Shown: piece by piece, positions 36,801 through 46,108 of the stretch
How positions within the stretch are numbered: the stretch's first letter is position 1
How the letters are laid out: each line of letters begins with the position of its first letter
Origin: Firmicutes bacterium UBA5389
GTDB lineage: Bacteria; Bacillota; DTU025
Assembly: GCA_002409965.1 (NCBI GenBank)
Contig: DHON01000105.1
Coordinates: forward strand, 5,461-69,460
DNA length: 64,000 bases
Direction: 5' to 3'
Program-made: the position numbers and the translations under genes
Notes under the pieces: model-generated
The model's input: only the letters and a program-made list of their open reading frames with translations
Told to the model about the DNA's origin: nothing
The model's database searches: none

Positions 36801-37863
36801 AACGACCGGCAAGTTCGTGGGCAACTTCCTTGCGCCATGTATCTCTCTTAGTGCCCAGCGGGCCTGAGCTCAGCAGGCCCATGCACATTTGCTCCGCTTC
36901 GTCTGGGCGAAGCACATCAAGGTTGATCGTATCAACGTACTTCCTTGTCCTGGCGCTGCCAAACCATCGCATCACAGGATCCTTCGGGGAACGGACAGAA
37001 ATGGCTACCTTCCAATTGGCGGTCCTGCTACTCCGTTGTTCGTCAAGTATCGTCATGAGTTGCTCATCTTTTGGCTCATCAATTAGCAACAGAGTGGGGC
37101 GCTCGGGCACGATTCCGTCAAACCAGGTTCCCGACGACAGCATGGTCTCGACATTGGCCCAGAGGACCTGCCACCTACCCATGCTCGCGATTTCTTCTCC
37201 CGCCTCGATGAGGAGGCGCGTCTTCCCGATGCCCCCGGAGCCGTGGATAACCAAGAACCTCGAGTCGGACGACATGAACCGGGCGACTTGATCTAGCTCT
37301 TCACCTCTGCCAACAAACGGCGTGGGCGTACCGCGCTTCAGCACCGTCTCTTGGGAAGCAATTCGTTCTCTTGCCTCCGGCAGCGTCAGGAAAGCCCTTG
37401 TCTGATTCCCGAAGAAAAACCTATCGACTTCAGGATGCTTGTCCAGAAGAGCGTCTAGCTGGCTTCGCCCCCAGTACTCAGCAATGAGGCCCTGGCTGCG
37501 GAACACGGGTACCACCTCGTCATCCCATCTCTCTTGATCAGTAGGGTTGAACAAGGCGTTTGTGACTAGGCGCCAATGTGTCACGCCCTGCCACTGCGCG
37601 TACCGCTCGTGTCCTGGCTCACGATAGCTGGCGATCTTGGAAGCCTCCCGCTTCGCGTCCGCTATCGCTTTCGCGGCCGAGGGACTCTGATGGTGCTTTG
37701 CCTGGAACACGCAGGTGCCGTCGCTAGAGCGCATGTCTTGGCCGCCATCCCTACCGAGGCGTTCGAACAGCATTGCCTTCGGATCCTCGAAGAAGACAAT
37801 CCTCGCAACCAACGCTTCAAAGGTGGCACCATTGGTTATGGCTCCCCAGTTCCGATCTCTCAT
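33859..37863 (-). CDS. Avs-like antiviral STAND NTPase of 1334 aa: N-terminal Mrr-like restriction-endonuclease domain, NB-ARC/NACHT-like P-loop NTPase, C-terminal helical-repeat sensor region
   Basis: Mrr-like nuclease: 'GRDGGQDMRSSDGTCVFQAKH'. P-loop: 'FLVIHGSGGIGKTRLLIEAG' (Walker A), 'PTLLLIDEPKD' (Walker B). About 900 aa of alpha-helix-rich sequence follow. Confidence 0.7.
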   Translation of the reverse strand: MRDRNWGAITNGATFEALVARIVFFEDPKAMLFERLGRDGGQDMRSSDGTCVFQAKHHQSPSAAKAIADAKREASKIASYREPGHERYAQWQGVTHWRLVTNALFNPTDQERWDDEVVPVFRSQGLIAEYWGRSQLDALLDKHPEVDRFFFGNQTRAFLTLPEARERIASQETVLKRGTPTPFVGRGEELDQVARFMSSDSRFLVIHGSGGIGKTRLLIEAGEEIASMGRWQVLWANVETMLSSGTWFDGIVPERPTLLLIDEPKDEQLMTILDEQRSSRTANWKVAISVRSPKDPVMRWFGSARTRKYVDTINLDVLRPDEAEQMCMGLLSSGPLGTKRDTWRKEVAHELAGRFSYHPMWLTIAVHVLETSGDLAGVPQTADSLAESYLEEIIQCQKEFQPEQVRSLLRWVALVGAVNRESDAAIGLLREGSGVASDTSVREMLARLVARGGLAQRGARNRLVELKPDVLRDHVLIHWLSVDVGYGEMPMQPSDAARTIVDDILRTVLQGNISQLGQAVFVSMARTESLLKLSRTPVPLLKPFFDHFRDHVETTSASVRLVIAELLPDVAQFYPIETVELSRAFRSVDAGTDEVQGVFGSYQVGQDDVVLALAWPVFHAAMGAQTKDEREQVIGELCALVEAEADIAARRAGGLPNDGKRAAQLVKRVIGGGPQFWSDFQAELCTVVSRLLAEAVGQPTYTAKLAALKSLMEPYLELGREQVWSEGDKLNIGSVVMLPGSPAWKARQDILNQVRGYLADQRVTSEVRLVFWAALVNAHRNANQCRKRDGESLHSELRDVLLDDLVWARSLLSQNAREFEELKAARELWRWHDRFDDDPEFKRVSRELENLYEMNDLAGEFEPLFRSDDPQRCYERWDEKAAQLAANPSCRDIKSFVDRAFRFAGERRPDQLQRFAWNLGAHADTSDSIGSFIAESLAEPETSRYTDFSITAACSWIMKLRRTAGAEAAHRLVDKLVNTCSDDERRIRLIKQVYDRPVSREDGRLCPAQHSYLRSKAKLFLDNGQGPDFIKIAVLGLSRDWPELKGLVERTLNEIPREQLGDAVVSLVRSAYWALDEDKAQEAPPDFGIWLLDQVLLLPDLSVLSNTAEWELAEILKRVGRLPVTWLPGALQRRVDMEAQDEGGRAIATDHGVLLSRCVAPITTAHVGNREISKAIAALIDLASNTGTIGYYLPRLLLGVDSEGLVVPQEVANRLRATSSLNDLRRLARIAGGYAIASPPWRTIAQPLVERAGREPRLPERRRLFSALMPKGVRVWWTAPGGVPQEFVDGVQRAQELLDAETDTAFRAFWEWHMEVAKAELRREEEEAKEERGE

Positions 37864-38054
37864 CGCGCTCCCCTCCTTACGAGAGTGGCCAGACCTTTGC
37901 GAGATTGAAGAAGCGAAGTCTCCGGGGCATACTCAGTAGCCAAGGCAGACTCGGAGTAGGATGCGGCTAGTTTGGACACAGACTGGCATAGGGCAGCCGC
38001 ACAATCAGGTCAGTACCGCTGTGGTAGCAGCAAAGAACACGGCGATCATTATCG

Positions 38055-38708
38055 CTACTCGGCCATGACTTCTAGGGATTTCGCAGATAGGTGACCGACA
38101 GTTTGGATGGTATGTGGTTTCTTCGCCTGATCACAGCTGATCCGGATCAACTCCCGAATCTGATCTGCCCAATCCTGCAATCCCGTCCCCACTGCAACAA
38201 TGAACTCGATAGACGCCTCACACGAACACGCGGCAATCGCCGCGATCTCTGCCTCAAGATGCATGATGCAGCGCGGAGCCGCAGCCTTCACGCGCTGCTG
38301 CTTTTCACGATCAACCCTCTTCTGGAGACCCGCATCTGCCTGACATCGCACCAGATTCGTCCTGTAGACGTCGTTGTCGAGTTGATCCAGCCATCCCTCA
38401 ACCAGCAGGCTCTTGCTCCATGTCTTGAAGATCTGTTGGCCGGTTCTGCCAACGGTGGGAAAACCATGACTGAATTCTCGGTTGGACGGCGACTCACAGA
38501 TGAAGACGCTACTTATGTGAACACTCCCGTCAAATGGCCAATTTGTGTGAACAGGGACGCCTCGCACGCGTGACAGGACCGCATTCCACGCGCCCTCACC
38601 AGTTTTCGCCGGACACGCGCAACAGATCCTCGACTCATGCGAGCTGAACTCATAGAACCTCTTGTAGTTGGGATTCCTGACTGATTTCCGCTCTCGTATT
38701 GTCACCAC
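38055..38708 (-). CDS. Uracil-DNA-glycosylase-superfamily protein (family-4-like motif pattern)
   Basis: 'FICESPSNREFSHGFPTVGRTGQQIF' resembles UDG family 4 motif A (GEAPG..ED..G.PFVG.AGQLL). 'NLVRCQ' follows it. Confidence 0.45.
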   Translation of the reverse strand: MVTIRERKSVRNPNYKRFYEFSSHESRICCACPAKTGEGAWNAVLSRVRGVPVHTNWPFDGSVHISSVFICESPSNREFSHGFPTVGRTGQQIFKTWSKSLLVEGWLDQLDNDVYRTNLVRCQADAGLQKRVDREKQQRVKAAAPRCIMHLEAEIAAIAACSCEASIEFIVAVGTGLQDWADQIRELIRISCDQAKKPHTIQTVGHLSAKSLEVMAE

Positions 38709-38859
38709 TCATTCTCCCCTGTCTGCAGTACGTGTGGTACGCTTGAGTATATACTGTGTTCGGCGCCATCTGGATACTCTGCTGCTATGCTCGGCACTAA
38801 GGGTCGCACTGTGCACTGTGTCAGTCTGCTGCAGCAGCTGAGCCACGAAGATATCAGTA

Positions 38860-39726
38860 CTACGAAGCTGGAGCGCCTGGGGCGAGTGGTTCTGCGTCAT
38901 ACTCAACTGCCCAATACACGCCATCGCTGACGCTGATCGCATACACATCAGGATTCACGCGTCCAGCGGTTCCGCCTGCCTGTCCGGACCAGACTCGGAT
39001 TCCGTGCCCTCTGAGCCTGTCGTCGTAGAAGGCCCCAGGGTAAGGACGCGTGGTTGCTCTCACCAGACGGTCGACTTGAGCCACGGACATTGTGTCCCGG
39101 ATCTCGCCATCACTCGGCGTTCGCTTGGGCCACACCGAAGCCTTCGTGGAGTCCTGGGGCGTCAGAGTGACGGTTCCATTCTGGAATGAGGGCCATGCCT
39201 TGCCAATCAAGATCCTGTGTGCATCCATCACTCGGTCGTACAGAGTTGTGGCCGTCTCGTCTGGTGACATGGGCACTACTATCTGGGCCACGATCGGCCC
39301 AGTATCTACTCCCGCGTCCAGCTTAAACAGCGTCACGCCCGTTTCAGTAAGCCCGTTGAGAATCGCCCAGGGGATGGGTGCCCGCCCGCGCCCCTGGGGG
39401 AGGAGGGTAGGGTGGATCCCGATGCAGCCCAATCTCGGTGCGCTGAGAAGAGCAGGCTTAGCGATTTGTGACCAACCTATGATGAAAAGCCAGTCAATCT
39501 CCTGATTCCGGACTAGCTGTATCACTTCATCGTCGTTGACGGACCGAATCTTCAGTAGTGGGATGCCATTCGACTGGCAGAAATCGTCGACGTAGACCCT
39601 ACCTGACTTACCGCTGCCGATATCGTCCCGAAGGGTTACTACTAAATCAAGAGTTCCGCCAACCCGGTAGATCTCTTCCATGCACGCAAGACCGAGTTTC
39701 ACGCACGTAACAAATGCACTCTTCAA
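38860..39726 (-). CDS. Sugar N-formyltransferase (Fmt/ArnA-N-like formyl_trans_N)
   Basis: 'IGIHPTLLPQGRGRAPIPWAILNG' matches the HPSLLP..RG.API motif. Confidence 0.75.
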   Translation of the reverse strand: MKSAFVTCVKLGLACMEEIYRVGGTLDLVVTLRDDIGSGKSGRVYVDDFCQSNGIPLLKIRSVNDDEVIQLVRNQEIDWLFIIGWSQIAKPALLSAPRLGCIGIHPTLLPQGRGRAPIPWAILNGLTETGVTLFKLDAGVDTGPIVAQIVVPMSPDETATTLYDRVMDAHRILIGKAWPSFQNGTVTLTPQDSTKASVWPKRTPSDGEIRDTMSVAQVDRLVRATTRPYPGAFYDDRLRGHGIRVWSGQAGGTAGRVNPDVYAISVSDGVYWAVEYDAEPLAPGAPAS

Positions 39727-39751
39727 CGTATGACCTCCTCGGACAATGCAC

Positions 39752-40327
39752 CTAGTAGGTCGGGGGTGGTTTCATGACATAGCTAAAGGTTCTGAGGATG
39801 ATCGACAGATCCGTGAACAGCGAAATGCTCTCAGCATACGCTTTGTCCCAGTTGGCTTTTTCAGTGTTAGGCATTCCGTCATACGAGTTCACCTGAGCCA
39901 AACCTGTAAGGCCTGGCCTACAAGCCATCGCCCCATTCTCAGTACGAAGGCGAAGTAGCTCTACCTGTGATGGCAGTGCAGGCCTAGGCCCCACTATGCT
40001 CATATCACCCCTGAGTACGCAGAACAGCTGCGGTAGTTCATCAAGGCTCAACCTCCTGATCACGCGTCCTACGCGGGTGATCCTCACGGTCGTGCCTACA
40101 CTTGCACTCGGAATGTCGCCGGTGCCAACAGCCATACTTCGAAACTTGAGTATCGTGATTGGTTGTCCGTTCCTACCTACCCGGCGCTGCCTGAACAGTA
40201 TGGGAATTCCGTCGTCCAGAACCACGGCTAGTGCAATGACGGACATGAGAGGTGCGAGAGCCACGAGAGCACAGGCTGATAATACGATATCAAGAGTGCG
40301 TTTCCCGGCTGATTCATAGACGTTCAC
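39752..40327 (-). CDS. Undecaprenyl-phosphate sugar phosphotransferase (PglC/WbaP-C-type small 'bacterial sugar transferase')
   Basis: 'KRTLDIVLSACALVALAPLM...GIPILFRQRRVGRNGQPITILKFRSM...DELPQL' is the classic Bac_transf pattern. Confidence 0.85.
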   Translation of the reverse strand: MNVYESAGKRTLDIVLSACALVALAPLMSVIALAVVLDDGIPILFRQRRVGRNGQPITILKFRSMAVGTGDIPSASVGTTVRITRVGRVIRRLSLDELPQLFCVLRGDMSIVGPRPALPSQVELLRLRTENGAMACRPGLTGLAQVNSYDGMPNTEKANWDKAYAESISLFTDLSIILRTFSYVMKPPPTY

Positions 40328-41082
40328 AGTAGCGTATCCCCCACTATGGCTGTGCTGAATGCTGTCTGGAAAGCCTCCGCATACTTGAAACCTGATTGTC
40401 CTCCGCGATACGCCGCCAGACCAGTGAGTACCTCCTCGCTTCGAGGGTGTGGAAAGTCCCTCATGACCCGGCGATATGCTCGTAACGCTTCGATCTTGAC
40501 ATGGAGGAACGCCTGGCCAACCTCTACGAAGCTAGTTGGGGCGAATGGCGAACCTGCGCCCGCAAAAGCCCAGTCAGTTGAGGACAGGATCTCCATGAAA
40601 TGGAGGCCTCGCAACCTCGCGACATCTGGCCTACGCTGAAATAGCCTACAGGCTGCTTGGCATGCACACGAAGCATGTCTATGATCGGTGTTCAAATCAC
40701 CAGGATGATGGGTGAACACCACGTCAGCTCTAGTAAGAATAATCGCCTCTTCGATGAAGCGAACCATCTCTATGTGAGGTACGATGTTGAACTCGATGTT
40801 CGGGAAATCCCCCACAACAGGTTTGCCCAGCCCCATTATCTCTTGTGCAGCGTAAATGTCGTGATCAAGCTCCTGATCGGTAGGGCGCTGCTGCCGAGCG
40901 TTCACACCTCCCGAGAGAATACAGCTATGTACGCTCACCCCCCTGGATGCGAGCAGTGAAGCAGTGGCTCCACAGCCGAGAACCTCGTCGTCTGGATGAG
41001 CAACGACAATGAGCACGGACAAACCCTTCGCTCCCCTCACACAGTAGTTCAGTTTGATGAATGTGGAACAGCAACTGTTCAC
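40324..41082 (-). CDS. PIG-L/LmbE-family N-acetylglucosaminyl deacetylase
   Basis: 'LIVVAHPDDEVLGCGAT' and 'HHPGDLNTDH'. Confidence 0.8.
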   Translation of the reverse strand: MNSCCSTFIKLNYCVRGAKGLSVLIVVAHPDDEVLGCGATASLLASRGVSVHSCILSGGVNARQQRPTDQELDHDIYAAQEIMGLGKPVVGDFPNIEFNIVPHIEMVRFIEEAIILTRADVVFTHHPGDLNTDHRHASCACQAACRLFQRRPDVARLRGLHFMEILSSTDWAFAGAGSPFAPTSFVEVGQAFLHVKIEALRAYRRVMRDFPHPRSEEVLTGLAAYRGGQSGFKYAEAFQTAFSTAIVGDTLL

Positions 41083-41654
41083 ACAGTTCCAAGTGTACGC
41101 CGTATCCCATCGCGCAGCGGTATTGGTGATGAAAACCCATATACATCCCGCAACCGACTCACGTCAAGTGCCACGGTCTCAGTGAGTTTCCTCACCTGGT
41201 CTCTTGATATCGGTGGTGTTCGGCCAACGGTACTGTGGGCCAGCTCCATGAAACCGGCGCTTGCCATAGCGAAGCCAAGCGGCACCTTCACAGGAGGGCG
41301 CCTATCGCCTGTAGCATCAGCAATGGCTTTACCTATCTCCGATAAGCCGTTGGACGCTAGATCACTGACACTAGTCAGGTCAAGCCTGGGCAGTTTCCTT
41401 GCAACAGGCACATTCATCAGTTCACCCGTGCTGTCAGTGCGAATGAACCACGGCAATCCTCCCAGTGAGAGGAAAGGCCCAGCCTCTACCGGACGGCAAC
41501 GCTTCCCTATCAGCAGCAATACCGGAATTAGGGATGCCATCTCGCCGCCCCGAAGCGAAAGGCTCTGCGAGGACTCCCGTGATTGCGTATGTCCAACACA
41601 AGGCTGGCCATCGCACGTTTCCGCATGATTGCTGCAATCACACAGGACAGACAC
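41079..41654 (-). pseudogene. Truncated paralog of an NAD-dependent epimerase/dehydratase (C-terminal ~110 aa only; no Rossmann GxxGxxG)
   Basis: The C-terminal half 'PVKVPLGFAMASAGFMELAHS...ISRDQVRKLTETVALDVSRLRDVYGFSSPIPLRDGIRRTL' aligns by eye with the C-terminus of the 42934-43866 epimerase ('VIVKIPLRASVVAARVYNALDRN..ISVEQVLRMQEDKAFDYADAARDFGYSPVPFEAGILDEV'). The N-terminal half has no SDR motifs. Confidence 0.45.
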
Positions 41655-41737
41655 ATAAGCGCAACGCAGACCAATGCTGTCTTGACAGCCAACTATAACT
41701 ACTCCCTTCGCACTTCAGATCTGCGCAGTGTGCCGAC

Positions 41738-42952
41738 TCAGCGGACTCCTTCTTGACTCTCCGATAATAGCCTGACTAGTCGTTCCATGAAATCCGTCTT
41801 GCGGAAGTGTACATTGTAGTAGGCCCTTGCATTGGCACCACAGTCTAGATACCTGCCTCTGTTGTCGGCGAACTCCTTTACGATGGCAGCCAAACCCGCA
41901 TGATCCTCCGCATCGCAACATAGTCCGCATTGCGCTTCCTCAATAACCATCCGTGTCTCTCCATTTATGGCGCCGATGATAGGTTTACCGGTGGCCATGT
42001 ATGACTGCACTTTGAAGGGAAGCGTGTATGACAGCACTTCGTCCGCCTTGAGCGTAACAAGAAGGGCATCAGCCATTGAGTAGAATGCGGGCATGTCGGA
42101 AGCATGATGATGGCCATGGAAGATCACGGTATCTAGTCCCATTCCTCTTGCGGTTGACTCACATCTCTGGCGGGCTGACCCATCACCCACAATGTGCCAT
42201 CTGATATCGTTCCTCTCCTTCAGCTCACGAGCTGCCATAACGATAGTCTCCACGCTCTGCAATTCACCAATGTTGCCAGCGAACAGCACGTCAGTTGTGC
42301 CGCTGTCGTCTGCCTTGGCTTGAACGTCCCCAAGGACATCATCAGCATATACTGGGAGGTACGTGATGTCCCCTTCGTACCCGATGATGCCACGGAAGTA
42401 CTCATCGAACATGCGTGAACTGATCGCGATTCTATCTACTCGGCTATAGATCCATCTACTCATGCCCAGCACCAGCTTATAGGCTATCGATTGGCGAGCT
42501 ATGCCGCCCGCCACGATGCTCTCAGGCCACAAGTCTTGGCAATAGAGCAGCACGGGCTTCGCCGCCAGCCTTCTTAGGAACAGAGCGGGAAATGCCATCG
42601 TAATGGGCGACAGTTGGTAAACAAAGATCACGTCAAAGTCTCGTTCAAGGAATGCTGCCCTGATCGTGGAGCTCAGAGCAAAAGTCACGTAGTTGATGGC
42701 CAGCCGGAAAGCGCCTTGTCCGCGCCCAATCAGGGGGGCTCTCACAATCCTTACTCCGTTAACCGTTTCGCAGCGTCTGCGCCCCCACCTGTACTCTCTA
42801 CTAACCACGCCGGAAGGGTAGTTCGGAAGTCCGGCTAGTACGGTAACCTCATGTCCCATAGTCGCTAGCTCAAAGCAAACATCATTGACCCTGAACTGCT
42901 CCGGGTAGAAGTACTGACATACTACAAGTATTTTCATCTGCGCGTGCCGCAC
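41738..42952 (-). CDS. Glycosyltransferase family 4 (WcaI-like)
   Basis: 'MKILVVCQYFYPEQFRVNDVCFELATMGHEVTVLAGLPNYP' (GT4 N-terminus) and a C-terminal E-x7-E region. Confidence 0.8.
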   Translation of the reverse strand: MRHAQMKILVVCQYFYPEQFRVNDVCFELATMGHEVTVLAGLPNYPSGVVSREYRWGRRRCETVNGVRIVRAPLIGRGQGAFRLAINYVTFALSSTIRAAFLERDFDVIFVYQLSPITMAFPALFLRRLAAKPVLLYCQDLWPESIVAGGIARQSIAYKLVLGMSRWIYSRVDRIAISSRMFDEYFRGIIGYEGDITYLPVYADDVLGDVQAKADDSGTTDVLFAGNIGELQSVETIVMAARELKERNDIRWHIVGDGSARQRCESTARGMGLDTVIFHGHHHASDMPAFYSMADALLVTLKADEVLSYTLPFKVQSYMATGKPIIGAINGETRMVIEEAQCGLCCDAEDHAGLAAIVKEFADNRGRYLDCGANARAYYNVHFRKTDFMERLVRLLSESQEGVR

Positions 42953-43866
42953 CTTCCGGCGGAAGCCAAATACTCGCTAACCTCATCCAGAATACCTGCC
43001 TCAAAAGGCACCGGAGAGTAGCCGAAATCGCGAGCAGCATCAGCATAGTCGAATGCCTTGTCTTCCTGCATTCTCAGCACCTGCTCAACTGAGATCATGG
43101 CGTTTCTGTCCAGGGCATTGTACACTCTGGCTGCCACCACAGAAGCCCGCAAAGGGATCTTCACAATCACGGTATTGCGTCCGAGCGCCTGCGACACGGT
43201 ACGAACAATATCGATGTATGGCAGTGCGTGTTCACCCGGTAGGTTGTACCCCTTGTTCAGTGTCGAACTCCTATTGCAGATCGTATCATAGTAGGCGTTT
43301 CCCAGGTCGCGAGCGTGTACAGGCTGCATGAGGTTCTCTCCTGATCCAAACATGGGGAAGAACTTGTGACGATAGAGGTAATCCACAAGCCTGTACATGT
43401 TGCGATCTCTTGACGAACCGTATATCATGGTGGGCCGAAGGACGGTGATGCCAATTCGGTCTCGCATCCGAAGAATGTCGTCTTCGATCTGGATGTACTC
43501 AGCCGATGCACTCTTGTACTTCGAGTATCGCCCGGTTGTATGAACGAGAATTACCCACTCAGCGCCGTTGCGCATTGCGGCATCCACAACGGTGGTCGAG
43601 TGCTTTATTGACGCTATGTGTAGGACAACTCTAGCGCCTTCCATTGATTTCGTCACTAGGTCTCGATCGCTGAGGTCTCCCGCCACTTTCTCGATTGCCA
43701 GGTTGCTGCTGTCAAGGTGCGATGTATCGCTATGCGGACGGACCAGACACCTAATCCTACCTGCACATTGTTCTCGTTTGAGCCTTTCCAACAGCCAGTA
43801 GCCTGAGTGGCCAGTTGCTCCTGTGAGATAAAGCACTGTGCGTCCTCCTAATCGGGATTGTGCCAT
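42934..43866 (-). CDS. NAD-dependent epimerase/dehydratase (SDR family)
   Basis: 'VLYLTGATGHSGYWLLERL' (GxxGxxG) and a later YxxxK region. Confidence 0.8.
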   Translation of the reverse strand: MAQSRLGGRTVLYLTGATGHSGYWLLERLKREQCAGRIRCLVRPHSDTSHLDSSNLAIEKVAGDLSDRDLVTKSMEGARVVLHIASIKHSTTVVDAAMRNGAEWVILVHTTGRYSKYKSASAEYIQIEDDILRMRDRIGITVLRPTMIYGSSRDRNMYRLVDYLYRHKFFPMFGSGENLMQPVHARDLGNAYYDTICNRSSTLNKGYNLPGEHALPYIDIVRTVSQALGRNTVIVKIPLRASVVAARVYNALDRNAMISVEQVLRMQEDKAFDYADAARDFGYSPVPFEAGILDEVSEYLASAGRCGTRR

Positions 43867-44981
43867 ACATATCGTCTGACATACCTAGTATAGCTAGCGA
43901 TTATCCTGGCGACCTTCTCAGATACATCGGGAACCGCGTAATCCTCAACCACTCGGTGGAAGCGGTGTTCTCTGCTGCGCTGGTCTGTCACCAACTTAAG
44001 CCCCCTTAACACGTCTTCAAGGTTCAGACCTGTCAGTATCACCGCCGCTTCTTCCATGCCCTCTGGACGCTCATGTGCATTACGCATGTTCAGCGCGGGG
44101 AAATCCAGTATTGATGACTCCTCAGCGATCGTACCGCTATCGGAAAGCACTGCCCGAGACGAAATCTGCAGCTTCACATAATCGCTGAAGCCCAGGGGGC
44201 GAACGAGCTCAACCAGGGGATTCAGCTGGATACCCTCCGCATCCATTCGTTTCTTGGTGCGGGGGTGAGTTGACACAATCAGACGCTTGCCGTATTCGGT
44301 TGCTAAGCCATTGAGCAAATCAACCAACTTCCGAAACTGCCGACTGTCGTCGATGTTCTCCTCACGATGTGCACTGACGACGAAATAACCATATTGACTG
44401 AGGGCAAGCCTGTCCAATACGTCCGAAGCGTCAATCTTGGGTTTGTAGTATGACAGCACCTCATACATAGGGCTGCCTGTCTTGATGACCCTATCGGGCG
44501 ACAGCCCTTCACGCAGCAAGTACTCACGAGAGATAGTGCTATAAGGCATATTGATGTCACTGATGTGGTCCACTATCCGCCGGTTGATCTCCTCCGGCAC
44601 CCTTTCGTCGAAGCAACGGTTTCCGGCTTCCATATGAAACACCGGGATCTTCCTTCGCTTGGCTGCAATAGCTGCTAGGCAGCTATTTGTGTCTCCCAAT
44701 ATCAGAATAGCGTCTGGTTTGACTTCCGCCATTACCGAGTCAGATCGGGCAATAACCAAACCAATGGTCTCTGCCGGCGTGCTGCCTGCTGCGTCTAGAT
44801 AGTAGTCAGGCTGCCTGATCTCGAGGTTCTCGAAGAATATCTGGTTCAGCTCATAGTCATAGTTCTGTCCAGTGTGGACTATGGTATGGTCCATATACCT
44901 GTCCAGCGCAGCCATTACCCTGGAAAGACGTATTATCTCCGGACGGGTTCCAACTATTGTCATGACTTTCAGCCTGCTCAT
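43848..44981 (-). CDS. UDP-N-acetylglucosamine 2-epimerase (non-hydrolysing; WecB/FnlC-like)
   Basis: 'KVMTIVGTRPEIIRLSRVMAAL', 'HTGQNYDYELNQIFFENL', 'ILILGDTNSCLAAIAAKRRKIPVFHMEAGNR'. Confidence 0.85.
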   Translation of the reverse strand: MSRLKVMTIVGTRPEIIRLSRVMAALDRYMDHTIVHTGQNYDYELNQIFFENLEIRQPDYYLDAAGSTPAETIGLVIARSDSVMAEVKPDAILILGDTNSCLAAIAAKRRKIPVFHMEAGNRCFDERVPEEINRRIVDHISDINMPYSTISREYLLREGLSPDRVIKTGSPMYEVLSYYKPKIDASDVLDRLALSQYGYFVVSAHREENIDDSRQFRKLVDLLNGLATEYGKRLIVSTHPRTKKRMDAEGIQLNPLVELVRPLGFSDYVKLQISSRAVLSDSGTIAEESSILDFPALNMRNAHERPEGMEEAAVILTGLNLEDVLRGLKLVTDQRSREHRFHRVVEDYAVPDVSEKVARIIASYTRYVRRYVWHNPD

Positions 44982-46108
44982 TGCTTCACCTCGCGGTAGT
45001 AGGTGTCGGGCCGGTTCGGGTCGAAAACCTCACTCGCCCAGAAGATTACCACCATGTCAGTGGACCCTACATTCTCGATTGAATGAGAGTAGCCGGGCGG
45101 GATGTCTACAACCCTGAAGTCTTCACCTGACTCCTTCATCTCTACCATGTCTCCGGTTCTCAGATGCCTCAGCCGAATAATGCCCGTGCCCTCAACTACG
45201 AAGAACTTCTCAACCTTGGTATGGTGGTAGTGGTTGCCCCGGGTTATCCCAGGTTTGGTTCTAGAGACAAAGACCTGACCTACATGCGGTGACTTGATGA
45301 ATTCAGCAAGAGCACCCCTGGCATCAGTCTTCTGCTCAAGATCATATGCTAGATCACTACCATCCAAGTATGAGAGGTATGTAGCATACAGGCAGGCAGT
45401 GAATCGGTCTGAGAGCTCAGGAAGCATACACGTCCTACGACTATCCCGGAAAGACTGGATAGTCTCTGCCAAGTCACCAAGCCTGACGGCAAACCCTTTG
45501 ATTTCATCGGCAAAGCGGAAACCTGGAGTTGTCGACTTGCTATCGATCTCATCTAGGAGCGCTGCAACAACATCGTCTACATAAGCAAGTTCCAGTTCTC
45601 TGTCAGGATCCGTTATCGTGATGGGCAAGTCCCGTGCAATGTTGTGACAAAATGTTGCTACAACTGAGTTGTAGTTGGGACGCGACCACTTGCCAAAGAT
45701 GTTCTTGAAGCGGAACACAACTGTCTCTGCGCCGGACTCGTCGGCAAACTTCTTCAGTTCTTCCTCGGCCCGTCGCTTGCTGATGCCGTAAGGATTATCT
45801 AGTTCTGCTTGGATTGATGAAGACATGATGACCTTAGGAGTCTTGTTGGCAGCACGAAGTGTATCACATATTGATCTTGTGAAGTCGGCGTTACCAACCA
45901 TGTATTCATCGGCAGTTTGGGGTCGGTTTACACCCGCAAGATGCACAATGACATCGGCCATGTACAGTGCCTTGTCGAGCTCGTCTCTCAGATCGTCCAC
46001 TTCATATTCCAGAACACGCATGTCATCGCGCCCGAGAAGAATCTGGATCAGATTTCTGCCTAAGAAACCCCCGGAACCAGTCACGAGAATCGTCTTCAAT
46101 GTTGCCAC
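44978..46108 (-). CDS. CapF/FnlB-like bifunctional reductase/epimerase (N-terminal SDR + C-terminal cupin), UDP-L-FucNAc-type pathway
   Basis: 'ILVTGSGGFLGRNL' Rossmann. The C-terminal region 'HYHHTKVEKFFVVEGTGIIRLRH' is a cupin-like His cluster. Confidence 0.7.
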   Translation of the reverse strand: MATLKTILVTGSGGFLGRNLIQILLGRDDMRVLEYEVDDLRDELDKALYMADVIVHLAGVNRPQTADEYMVGNADFTRSICDTLRAANKTPKVIMSSSIQAELDNPYGISKRRAEEELKKFADESGAETVVFRFKNIFGKWSRPNYNSVVATFCHNIARDLPITITDPDRELELAYVDDVVAALLDEIDSKSTTPGFRFADEIKGFAVRLGDLAETIQSFRDSRRTCMLPELSDRFTACLYATYLSYLDGSDLAYDLEQKTDARGALAEFIKSPHVGQVFVSRTKPGITRGNHYHHTKVEKFFVVEGTGIIRLRHLRTGDMVEMKESGEDFRVVDIPPGYSHSIENVGSTDMVVIFWASEVFDPNRPDTYYREVKQ

